Positions 1-8,600 of a DNA stretch of 42,432 nt are shown one piece after another. The position numbers and the translations under genes are program-made. Source of the stretch: a virus (taxonomy: Duplodnaviria; Heunggongvirae; Uroviricota; Caudoviricetes). The notes under the pieces are model-generated. The model was given only the letters and a program-made list of their open reading frames with translations, was not told the DNA's origin and did no database searches. Each line of letters begins with the position of its first letter. The stretch's first letter is position 1. The DNA is taken from positions 1 through 42,432 of the IMG/VR virus record IMGVR_UViG_3300025319_000008; one strand, written 5' to 3'.

Positions 1-1222
1 ATGGGTAATTGAATTTTAGTTTACCTGCGATAAAATATATCATGTTCATGAAATTAGTCATATTCCGGTAGCCTCTTGCTCTTCTTTTTGCAAGTTGTAT
101 TTTGTTATTTATACCTTCCATTATACCTGAGTTGATTCTTGATTCAATAAAATTTACTATTCCAGACCAGTGAGATTTGATAGTTTTTACAAATTTTTTA
201 AATGGAATAATGCGGATTCTTTTTCTTTAATATCCAAAAATTCCATAAACATTTCTTTTAACCTATAGGCTTGTCCCAGCCGAGGATACGCCATCAACAG
301 GTAATCCAACTCGTCTTGCTTTGTTGTGCTTAGGTTCGTATAGTTGGTAAGTACAGTATATTTATGTCCTTTGAGCTGATCGTTATCTTTACGTTCTAAT
401 TTCCTCAAATCGTCCATGGACTTGCTTAACAAGGCTGTTACATGGAATTTGTCAAAAGTTATTTTGGCTTGTGGTAGATGTTCGGTAACACCCGCAATAT
501 AGGCTGGCGACATATCTATGCTTACATTTTTAATAGATGCTACGCTACCTTGTTTTTCCTCAATTGCTACTGCCAAATCTTTTATCACATCCGATTCCCT
601 TCCTTCACACACAAATATTACCCGCCTTGCTTCTAAGTTTGCACATACAGTAACATAATTATGTCCTTTTTTTGATGAAGTTTCATCTATCCCCACTTGA
701 GTAACGGTTGCAAGGCTGTCATTAACTACGGCATCATTTACCCAATAATTAAACATTCGCCACAATCTGTTTGCTACAACGTGCAATGTGGAAGCTACCT
801 TATTTACTGGCATTTCGTATTCTATTAATAACATTGCAAATGCCTCAAAGAGTAGCGTAAAACCACTGCCTGCACGTGCCCAAGGAACAACTACTGTTAC
901 TACTTCACCTGTGCTGCTTTTTATTCTTGGCACCCGCCCATGAAATAAAGCAGGTGTGTTCAAAAAAATTAAGGTGTTGCCAACTACGCTCTTCTGTATC
1001 ATATGCGCTACATAATACTCCTGCATGGTCTAAAAATTGACCTCCCTTCTCAAAATCAATGTAAATGTCCAACTGTCCTCTATTAAGCATTTCAGGCCTG
1101 GTTAGAGTTACTGATTACTGTCCTCTATTAAGCATTTCAGGCCTAGTTAGAGTTTCTGATTTAATATACCATGGTTTACAAATTTGTAATGCCATCTCAA
1201 ATATTTGAGTGCTGTTTTTCAT
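1..1222 (-). pseudogene. ISL3 transposase broken into pieces
   Basis: ATG at 1222 (MKNSTQIFEMALQICKPWYIK). In-frame TAA at the junction of a 45-bp duplication, a +1 frameshift near 943-945, and a second frameshift near 205-215. The C-terminus (PFKKFVKTIKSHWSG...GKLKFNYP) continues in another frame to position 1. Confidence 0.88.
1072..1161. repeat. 45-bp tandem duplication (2 copies, 2 mismatches)
   Basis: actgtcctctattaagcatttcaggcctggttagagttactgatt at 1072-1116 versus actgtcctctattaagcatttcaggcctagttagagtttctgatt at 1117-1161. Confidence 0.97.
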
Positions 1223-1288
1223 TCAGCAAAATTATTCTAATATCTTTACCCATACAAAACATCATAGAACCAATTTAATTGTATATTT

Positions 1289-1322
1289 CTGACATACTCC
1301 AACGAATAAATTCGTTTGGTTC
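1289..1322 (-). other. IS right end (GR=GAAC, hairpin, CR=TCAG); predicted 3' end of the omega/reRNA scaffold
   Basis: Minus strand reads GAAC CAAACGAATTTATTCGTTGG AGTATG TCAG, the same spacing and AGTATG linker as the IS608 right end. Confidence 0.8.
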
Positions 1323-1333
1323 TCGTGTTGACT

Positions 1334-2536
1334 TTAGGCCGCAACATAACTTTTGAAATAAATTTCGTTATGAAATTTCATTCCAATTGGCTCTGTCAGA
1401 GAGCGAATACGTCCAGGACTTATAATTTGCCCAAACGATACATTTTCATTATAAATATTTATAGCACCGACTCCATCTCTGTCAAAAATAAATCCACATT
1501 TTTTGCACTTATACGTGCGACCTTTTGGACTTGATTTCTTTATGTTCTTGCAATGTGGGCATTTGCGGCTGGTATATGGCTCCGGTACAATGTCTACTCG
1601 ACCGGATATACTCTCAAACTTGTACTTAATATAATTCTTTAATTTTTGTTCTGGATTTTGACTTATCTTCTGATTTGTCTTTCCTCTCATGTTCGGAGAA
1701 TCATGTGTCGAAGAATTATCTCCGATTATAATATTCCCAATATCGTTTCTTATTGCATAATTCACAATAAATGATGAATATTTATGCAACATTTCTTTTT
1801 GTATGTTTAATAATCGGTCTGTTGTTTTTCTTTTGGCTCGTTGTATCTTTTTATAATTATTGCTTCCTTTTTTCTTGTGTGATAATCTTGATTGAGTCTT
1901 GCCATTGAGCTTGTTTCTATAATGCATTAAACCCATGAATTTTTTTCCAGATAAAGTAATGGTATTTTCCCCATCGAATATGGTGGCAACGCGTTTAACA
2001 CCCAAATCGATGGACAAATATTTATTTTCGCTTAGATTTTTTTGCTCAACTTCTGTTTCCAAACACAAATTTATTTTCCAGCCGCGAGTTTTGGAATAAG
2101 TAACGCTTCCGTATATTGGCAATGGAATATTAATGTCCCATTTTAAGTAAAGAAATTCTTTTTCTGTTCCTAAAGTTAAACGAAGGAATCCATTTTTATA
2201 TTTAATTTGGCTTTTCTTAAAAAGAATTGCTTGCAGAAATTTTGGTTTTCTGGGAGGGCACGCATCAGGAACAACTTTTTTCGCTTGTTTCCAAGACGCA
2301 AGATTTGCGTGGACTTGTTGCATGGCACCAAGGAATGAATCGGAATGTAATAATTTACGTTCTAACTTATTTCTCATATGTTTTTGTAAATCAAATTTTG
2401 AGAGCCATACGCCGGTTTCGTCATATATTTTCCAAAATTCTTCCAAAGAACGAGAATACACTTCGCCGGCTTCTTTCGAGAGTTCGAAGAAGCGTTGGTC
2501 ATAAAAGCAGAAGTTATATGTTTTTTGTGTTGTCAT
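1334..2536 (-). CDS. tnpB: TnpB RNA-guided nuclease with rearranged RuvC-II (400 aa from the ATG at 2536; ORF track starts at 2551)
   Basis: RuvC-I SIDLG, G at the canonical RuvC-II position (IIIGDN), alternative E in VPEPYTS, zinc finger CPHC...CKKC, RuvC-III DRDGVGAINI. The ATG at 2536 overlaps the RHH stop as ATGA. Confidence 0.93.
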   Translation of the reverse strand: MTTQKTYNFCFYDQRFFELSKEAGEVYSRSLEEFWKIYDETGVWLSKFDLQKHMRNKLERKLLHSDSFLGAMQQVHANLASWKQAKKVVPDACPPRKPKFLQAILFKKSQIKYKNGFLRLTLGTEKEFLYLKWDINIPLPIYGSVTYSKTRGWKINLCLETEVEQKNLSENKYLSIDLGVKRVATIFDGENTITLSGKKFMGLMHYRNKLNGKTQSRLSHKKKGSNNYKKIQRAKRKTTDRLLNIQKEMLHKYSSFIVNYAIRNDIGNIIIGDNSSTHDSPNMRGKTNQKISQNPEQKLKNYIKYKFESISGRVDIVPEPYTSRKCPHCKNIKKSSPKGRTYKCKKCGFIFDRDGVGAINIYNENVSFGQIISPGRIRSLTEPIGMKFHNEIYFKSYVAA

Positions 2537-2694
2537 TGTTTTTCTTGACATTTATTTTCTACAAACAATCTTAGCTCTTTAGAAGGGATTGTTTTATTTT
2601 TTTTACAAAGAGCAAAGAACTTTTTTCCGAGTTTGGGCTCAACTCTAAATTTTATATAAACACTTTTTGTTATTTCCTTTTTATGTCTTCCCAT
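2533..2694 (-). CDS. Ribbon-helix-helix (CopG/Arc-like) protein, 53 aa, not in ORF track
   Basis: Own translation: MGRHKKEITKSVYIKFRVEPKLGKKFFALCKKNKTIPSKELRLFVENKCQEKQ. Beta-strand IKFRV followed by two helices; 23 identities with the ORF at 37743-37910. Confidence 0.8.
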   Translation of the reverse strand: MGRHKKEITKSVYIKFRVEPKLGKKFFALCKKNKTIPSKELRLFVENKCQEKQ

Positions 2695-2721
2695 TGAGAT
2701 TATAATTATTTCTGTGTCCTT

Positions 2722-2743
2722 AAATATAAATATACAATAAAAA
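2722..2743 (-). promoter_or_regulatory. Putative late-type promoter containing TATTTAT, upstream of the RHH-tnpB unit
   Basis: 20/22 identical to 5522-5543, which lies upstream of another RHH cassette. Confidence 0.45.
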
Positions 2744-2771
2744 TTTAAAAATCACAATATTAAAAAATATT

Positions 2772-2802
2772 TTTGTTATATTAAAAATTTTTCATATTTT
2801 TG
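2772..2802 (+). promoter_or_regulatory. Outward-facing Bacteroidota-type promoter inside the IS left end
   Basis: TTTG (2772-2775), 19-nt spacer, TATTTTTG (2795-2802); matches the TTTG-N19-21-TAnnTTTG consensus. Confidence 0.55.
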
Positions 2803-2821
2803 TCATATTAAAGCAATTCCT

Positions 2822-2864
2822 CCAACGAATGAATTCGTTGGCTTCCTTGCTTAAAAAATTGTGA
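2822..2864 (-). other. IS left end hairpin, GL=GAAG, and flanking target tetranucleotide TCAC (2861-2864)
   Basis: 9-bp stem ccaacgaat/attcgttgg. Guide-to-target pairing follows the IS608 rule (g1:c2, g2:c1, g4:c4). Confidence 0.8.
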
Positions 2865-2876
2865 AAAACATATTAG

Positions 2877-3194
2877 ATGAATGATTTCGAAAAACACTAT
2901 ATGAATTTTCCATATTGTTGCTATCCTAAAGAATTATATTATAGAACTGTTTTAATCGAAAAGTTCAAAAAAGATAGGAATAATACAATAATGAGCTGTT
3001 GTGTCATTAATGGAGTGTCTGTTTTTAAAGACCCTACACAAAAAGAAAATGAATTTAGAATTGGAACGAATGGTATGGCAAATAATTATCTTGTTTCTGG
3101 TAATGATACAATATCAATAAAAACAGATAGCTCATTAATCCAGAAGTTAACAAATGCTATAGAAACTTATAAAAATCCAGAAATAGTAAAATGA
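2877..3194 (+). CDS. Hypothetical protein (RTVLIEK motif)
   Basis: 105-aa ORF; stop overlaps the next start as ATGA. Confidence 0.75.
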   Translation: MNDFEKHYMNFPYCCYPKELYYRTVLIEKFKKDRNNTIMSCCVINGVSVFKDPTQKENEFRIGTNGMANNYLVSGNDTISIKTDSSLIQKLTNAIETYKNPEIVK

Positions 3195-3583
3195 ATGAGT
3201 TTAAAATTATAAAATTTCCAATAACAAGAATAGTTTTAGTTGAAAAAAGAATTAAAACTGTAAATCAAATGAAACAATTTTTAAAACAAGAATTTAGTGA
3301 GTGTTCTTTTTATAGATATTGCAAAGATGAACAAATTATTTTTTATACAAAAAATAATTTCACATTATTAGAAATTAAAATTGATGGTGTTTGTGCTTTT
3401 TTAAATGCTGATTACACAAAAAATTATGAAATAATTAAACATGATTTAATTATGAGACAAGAAATTAGGGATTTTATTTTTAAAGATTTGTTTAGATTCG
3501 AAAATTACTCAGAGTGTTTTATTGACTTTTATGGATGTTCTGGATATGCATTTGTGGTTAGTAATAGTCTTGAAATTTCATGA
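3191..3583 (+). CDS. Hypothetical protein (RIVLVEK motif)
   Basis: 130-aa ORF with ATGA overlaps on both sides. Confidence 0.75.
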   Translation: MNEFKIIKFPITRIVLVEKRIKTVNQMKQFLKQEFSECSFYRYCKDEQIIFYTKNNFTLLEIKIDGVCAFLNADYTKNYEIIKHDLIMRQEIRDFIFKDLFRFENYSECFIDFYGCSGYAFVVSNSLEIS

Positions 3584-3885
3584 AAAAACTAAAAAGATTA
3601 TATATTCCTCAATGTGACAATGATTTAAATGTTAGAGTCTTGTTGTTTGAAAAATATAAACCAAAATTATATGGACTAAATTTTTGTTGTTGGATAAATG
3701 ATGTTCCTGTTTATACAGATAGTACATCTGGAAAATTAGGTGTTTTTTCTGGAAGTCAAGGCGATTTGTCTGGGGATAGAATTAGAAAAAGTATAACATT
3801 TCTTATAGTTGGATTTGAACCGGAGGAAATATTAACAGATAGTACCATAATGCAAACTGTTTCTAAGTTGATAGTAGATGTGTAA
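3580..3885 (+). CDS. Hypothetical protein (RVLLFEK motif)
   Basis: 101-aa ORF in the overlapping gene chain. Confidence 0.75.
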   Translation: MKKLKRLYIPQCDNDLNVRVLLFEKYKPKLYGLNFCCWINDVPVYTDSTSGKLGVFSGSQGDLSGDRIRKSITFLIVGFEPEEILTDSTIMQTVSKLIVDV

Positions 3886-3891
3886 ATAACA

Positions 3892-5359
3892 TTAGTTTTC
3901 TGCGTATTTCCAAATGAAACCTCCGGCTGTTTTATATTTCGGTTTTCCTGAACAAACTTTTGGAATTGCAGTACGACTAGCTTTCGTGTTTTTTGAAGCT
4001 TCTGAAATTGAGTTCCAAATGTTTAATATTATACCATCTTTTGTTAGTTGAATTACTTTTTTACTTTTCTGTTTTGCTTTATTTTTTGCATATTCTACTG
4101 TTTCTAAATCTAAATTTTTTATTTCTTCTCCTGATTTGTAATATTTCCAAATAAATCCTCCGGCTGTTTTACTTACTTTTTTACCACATGTTCTATTTGC
4201 ACAAACATCACTTATTTGATTTGAGCCTATATTTAATGTATTAACTATTTCCACTATTGAATTCCATGTTTTAATAAATATTCCTTCAATTGAAAATTGA
4301 TTAATTTTTTTCCAAGTAGATGGGTCGGATGATTTTTCTAAATTAACAGAAATATCTCCATCTGTAAAGTATTTCCAAATAAAACCGCCAGCTATTTTTG
4401 CATTTCTGTAATTAGAACAAACAGAAACAATAGAACTAGTTGCTATTCCTAATGAAATAGAAGCTTCTGTTAATGAATTCCATGTTTTAATAACCTCTCC
4501 ATTTTTTGAAATTTGGTTTACTTTTCTTTTTACTGGTGACTTATTTGTTTTGTTTTTTGTAAATTCTACATTTTTGTATTTCCACATGAATCCACCAGCA
4601 GTTTTATGATTGATTTCATCAGAGCAAACTCTACTTATTGAACTTCTGTCTATTTTTATTGTTTTAGATGCTTCCTCTATTGATTCCCACTCTTTAATAA
4701 AATTCCCTTCTTTAGAAAGTTGAATAACCGCACACACATAGCGAAGGTTTTCTGTTAATTTTAATATTAATTCATCATCTAATTTATTTGGAATTATACC
4801 ATTTTCAAATTCTTCTTTGTAAAACCAAAAACATCCGTTTGATGTTTTTGTAAATTTAGTTAAACATTCATATATTCCTCTTTTATCAAAAAAAGCTTCA
4901 GCGTAACAAACATCACTCCACTCTTTAGAGAAACTTCCGTCAATATCAAATTGCACAATTTCCTTATGTCTGTTTTTATTTTTAGAAATTGCTCCCCTTT
5001 CTAAATTTATTAGTTAATGGGCCTGTTTTGTTGTTTATTTTACCTATAGCATCAATATATTTTGTTTCTGTTTTTAAGGCATTTTTTTCTGATAAATTAG
5101 AATTTAAAATTGAAATTAATGGTTTTGTGTTTTCTTTTTTCATCTCTTGTATGATTGCGTACTTTTCTTTGTTCTCATCACAACAATCGCACATGTGTTC
5201 AGAAACTCTTCTCCCACAACCTTTTCCGACATAAAATGGTTCATAATCAAATGAATATTCTCTATAGATATATTTTCCTGGCTTTCTTGGGTCAAGATAT
5301 ATATAAACATAAAATATATTTTCTTCTTTATATTTTTCTATTAAAACCTTATTTTCCAT
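3892..5359 (-). pseudogene. GIY-YIG homing endonuclease with 4-5 NUMOD1 DNA-binding repeats, split by one frameshift near 5003-5010
   Basis: 4982-5359 has FYVYIYLDPR...FYVGKG (GIY-YIG/LEM-3-like). 3892-4956 has four V/IxQxxxxGxxIxxWxSxxE...C...AGGFxWKY repeats plus a degenerate N-terminal one. Removing one base joins them as GPLTNKLERGAISKNKNRHKEIVQFDIDG. Confidence 0.8.
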
Positions 5360-5492
5360 TTTCTAATACCTCCCTTAAAACTTCTGATATTTTAACTATT
5401 CTTTTTTCTTTTTGACCTCTTTTGAGAGCTTTCTCTACATATGTTTGGTATGTATCACTTGTTAATCTTAACGTTATGTGTTTATCTTTCAT
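5349..5492 (-). CDS. Ribbon-helix-helix protein, 47 aa (ORF track extends it to 5594)
   Basis: MKDKHITLRLTSDTYQTYVEKALKRGQKEKRIVKISEVLREVLENGK: ITLRL strand and ISEVLREVL helix; overlaps the endonuclease start by 11 nt. Confidence 0.72.
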   Translation of the reverse strand: MKDKHITLRLTSDTYQTYVEKALKRGQKEKRIVKISEVLREVLENGK

Positions 5493-5521
5493 TTTTATGT
5501 GTTTAAGTGTTTGTGTGTTAC

Positions 5522-5543
5522 AAATATAAATAGTCAATAAAAA
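5522..5543 (-). promoter_or_regulatory. Putative late-type promoter containing TATTTAT, upstream of the RHH-GIY-YIG cassette
   Basis: 20/22 identical to 2722-2743. Confidence 0.45.
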
Positions 5544-5567
5544 ATGTAAATCGTTAAAATTAAATCG

Positions 5568-5575
5568 TATATTTG
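5568..5575 (+). promoter_or_regulatory. Bacteroidota-type -7 promoter box TATATTTG
   Basis: TAnnTTTG in the intergenic gap 58 nt before the Mre11-Rad50 start. Confidence 0.6.
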
Positions 5576-5633
5576 TCGAGTAACAAATAATCATAAAATT
5601 CGTTTAAGTAAATAAAATAAATAAAAAATACAT

Positions 5634-8600
5634 ATGTCAAAAAATCATCTGGCGCATTTATCAGATTTTCATGTGCGCTACAACAGCCGTCAAGAAGAAT
5701 ATAAAATTGTTTTAAATAGAACAATTGATGATTTAAAATCAATTAAACCAAGAAGAATTGTTCTGGCTGGTGATTTATTTCATACAAAAATAAATATGTC
5801 TCCAACTTCAGTGTCAATTGTTGGAGATTTTTTAAGTAGACTTAGTGAAATTTCTCCGACTGATATTTTAATAGGTAATCACGATTGTTCCCTAACTTCA
5901 TTATCACAAGGAGATAGTATAACGCCAATTATTGAACTTTTGCCCAATGGTTATATTATAACAAAAGAAAATCCAGAATTACCAATTCCAAAAAACCACG
6001 CTCATGGAATTTATTACTTTAAGGAATCTGGATTTTATAATGTTGATGATGAGATTATCTATGGCGTGTATTCTATGTTAGACAATGAAATTTTATCATT
6101 AACCAAAAAAGAAAAAGGTAAAAAATATATAGCTTTATATCATGGTCCAGTTTTTGGTGCCCAGATGGATAATGGGTATGAAGCTGCTGGTGACTCATTA
6201 ATTAAACCATCAGTTTTTAATGGGTTTTCGGCTGCGCTACTTGGCGATTTTCATACTTTTCAGGTCATTCAAGAATATGATGAAGAGAAGCAAAAACCAG
6301 CTATAATTTTTCCAGGCAGCTTAATTCAACAGAATTTTGGAGAATCCATAGACAAAGGTTATGTGTTGTGGGATTTGGATAATTTTTCACACGAACGTCG
6401 CTTCATATTAAACGATTACGGTTACTGCAGGCTTAATATATATAAAGGTGAAATTTGGGAAGACAGGATTCAAGATTTAAAATTCTCTTTAAACAAAAAG
6501 AAAACAAAAATTGAAATTATCATTCATGATGATAAAGAAAACTACTCAGTAGAAAAACTTAGCCAGATTGAAAAGTACATAAAAGATCGTCACGGTTGTG
6601 AATCCGTTAGCGCAGACTTTCAATCAATAGATAGAGAAATTGGAGACAGCACAGAATTAAACGAAGAAGAAATTGATGTTAACAACACAGAAAGTGCTGA
6701 AAAGCTATTAACAGAATACTTAACACAGAACAATTATGATAACACAGAAGATGTTATTGAACTAAGTCGTGAGATTGATAATAAATTAAGCATAAAGCAA
6801 AATCCTACTCATGGAATGCGAATAGATTTTAACAGCATGGAAGTGAGTAATTTATTATCTTTCCCTGTAGCCCCGGTATTTTTTGATTTTGATAGACTGA
6901 GTGGGCTCACGGGGGTGCTCGGTCCTAATTATAATGGGAAATCCAATGTAATGAAAGTTTTTTGTTTTATTTTGTATGGAAAAATGCCGGGGGATTTTGA
7001 AAATTCAAAACTGATTAATTTATACACCAACGTAACAAAAGGATGGGGTAAAATCCACTTTACAATCGCAGGAGTTAAATATTATGCTCATAGAGGAGTT
7101 ACTGTTAAGAGGAAAAAAGATGGAACTCCAGATGTAAGCTATCAAATTGAATATAAAAAACAAATACACTTTATAAATGAACTTACGAATGAAAGTGAAT
7201 TAAAGTGGGTTGATGTAGAATCAGAAAAAGCTGCAACTGAAAAAGGGGAAAAGAAAAAACTTATTACTGATTACATAGGAACATATGAAGACTTTATGGT
7301 TTGTGCTATGCAAACAAACGATCAAAATTATTTAAGTTTGGCTCAACAACCGAAGAATGACCTTATTAATAAATTTTTAGGATTAGAAGTGTATCGCGAT
7401 AAATATGATCTTGGAAATGATATTTTTAAAACTATTAAAGCTCGCCAAAAAGTATTGGGAGACCCAGCTGAACTCGAAACTCAAATAAATGATTTTAAGA
7501 CAAAATTATTATTGGAAAAAGATTCATTAGAAAAACATCAGAAAGAGAAGGGTGAAAACAATAAGAAAATTGATGAATTTAATGATGATATTAATAAATT
7601 AACTGAGAAACTTCATAAAATTGAAGTTCCTGCAGAAACAAATGTTGAAAACATAGAAGTGAGTATTGCTTCATTAAAGACTGATATTGGAAATGGAATT
7701 ATAATATCTAAAGAAAAAGAATCATGGTTAAAAGATAATTTTAAAAAGGATTTGAGTGAAGAATTAAAATCCTTGGACATAAGTTCCATAAAAGAAACAA
7801 ATGTCGAAGTATTAAAATCTAATATCGAAAAGGCTAAAGTTACTATTGAAGAATATGGAATTAAGATAAAAGAAAAAGAAGAATGGTTAGGATTAAACTT
7901 TAAAAAAGATTTAAGTGACGAATTAAAAGATTTGGATATAAGCTCTATAAAAGAGAAAAATGTTGATGTGTTGAAATCTAACATTGAAAAAGTCAAAATT
8001 TCTATTGAAATTGCGAAATCCAAATCCAAAACCATAGAAGAGTGGTTAGAAAAAAACTTTAAAAAAGAGATTAGCGAAAATTTAAAAAATCTTGATAAAG
8101 TCAAAGTGGAAAAGGAATTAAATCTGGAAAAATCCACCTTTGATTCTGAAAAGAAAGAATATGTAGCAATTGAAAACTGGCTTAAAGAAAATGAAGTTAG
8201 AGTAGTTGTAAAACAGGAACCTGTTGAAGATAAGATTGCTAACTGTAAATTTGCTCTTTCTGGTTTGTCAGAAAAGTTAAAAATAGCTAAGGGAGAAAAA
8301 TGTCCGACGTGTAACCACGTTAGTCATGAGGCAAATCCGGAAGCAGAAAAGAAATGCATTAATGATATTGAAAGAGGAAATAAAACTTTAAAAGAACTGC
8401 AGGATGAGCTTGCTAAAATTAAAACTGATAATGAACACAATGCGAAGCATGAGAAAGAAACAAATAAGCTTAGTTCATTAAAGATAAGTCTTCAGGCAAG
8501 GCAAAAAAACATGCTTTCTTTAAAAAGTGACCTTGAACTTTCTTCTCAAAAAGATGAATTTGTAATTCATAATAAAAAAATTGATGATGAAGCAACTGCA

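Larger units (their letters stand above)
1..1271 (-). mobile_element. ISL3-family insertion sequence, degenerate, far end outside window
   Basis: The minus strand starts GGTTCTATGAT at 1271 (ISL3-type GG(C/T)TCT terminus). Transposase motifs: PWARAGSGFTLLFE, GIDETS, SIDMSPAY, FDKFHV, EGINNKIQLAKRRARGYRN. Confidence 0.9.
1289..2860 (-). mobile_element. IS200/IS605-family element, tnpB-only (IS1341-like), 1572 bp, carrying RHH + tnpB
   Basis: Matching subterminal hairpins at 1299-1318 and 2822-2841. IS608-like end geometry: LE TCAC|15 nt-GAAG-hairpin, RE GAAC-hairpin-AGTATG-TCAG. No tnpA present. Confidence 0.88.

Noticed and set aside
2822-2845. Hairpin read as the right end of a second IS lying further right
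   Set aside because: It fits left-end geometry (target TCAC, 15 nt, GAAG), no transposon gene lies to its right, and excision between the two hairpins restores a promoter box.
2552-2860. tnpA remnant upstream of tnpB
   Set aside because: The space holds an RHH ORF and AT-rich promoter DNA; no HUH/Y1 or serine-recombinase motif.
1316-5415. Plus-strand ORFs inside tnpB and the GIY-YIG gene (1316-1534, 2227-2574, 2322-2504, 4989-5234, 5155-5415)
   Set aside because: Antisense shadows of recognisable minus-strand genes.
5496-5520. Repeated GTGTT units upstream of the second RHH as an operator
   Set aside because: Plausible, but no equivalent repeats were found before the other two RHH genes; too weak to call.
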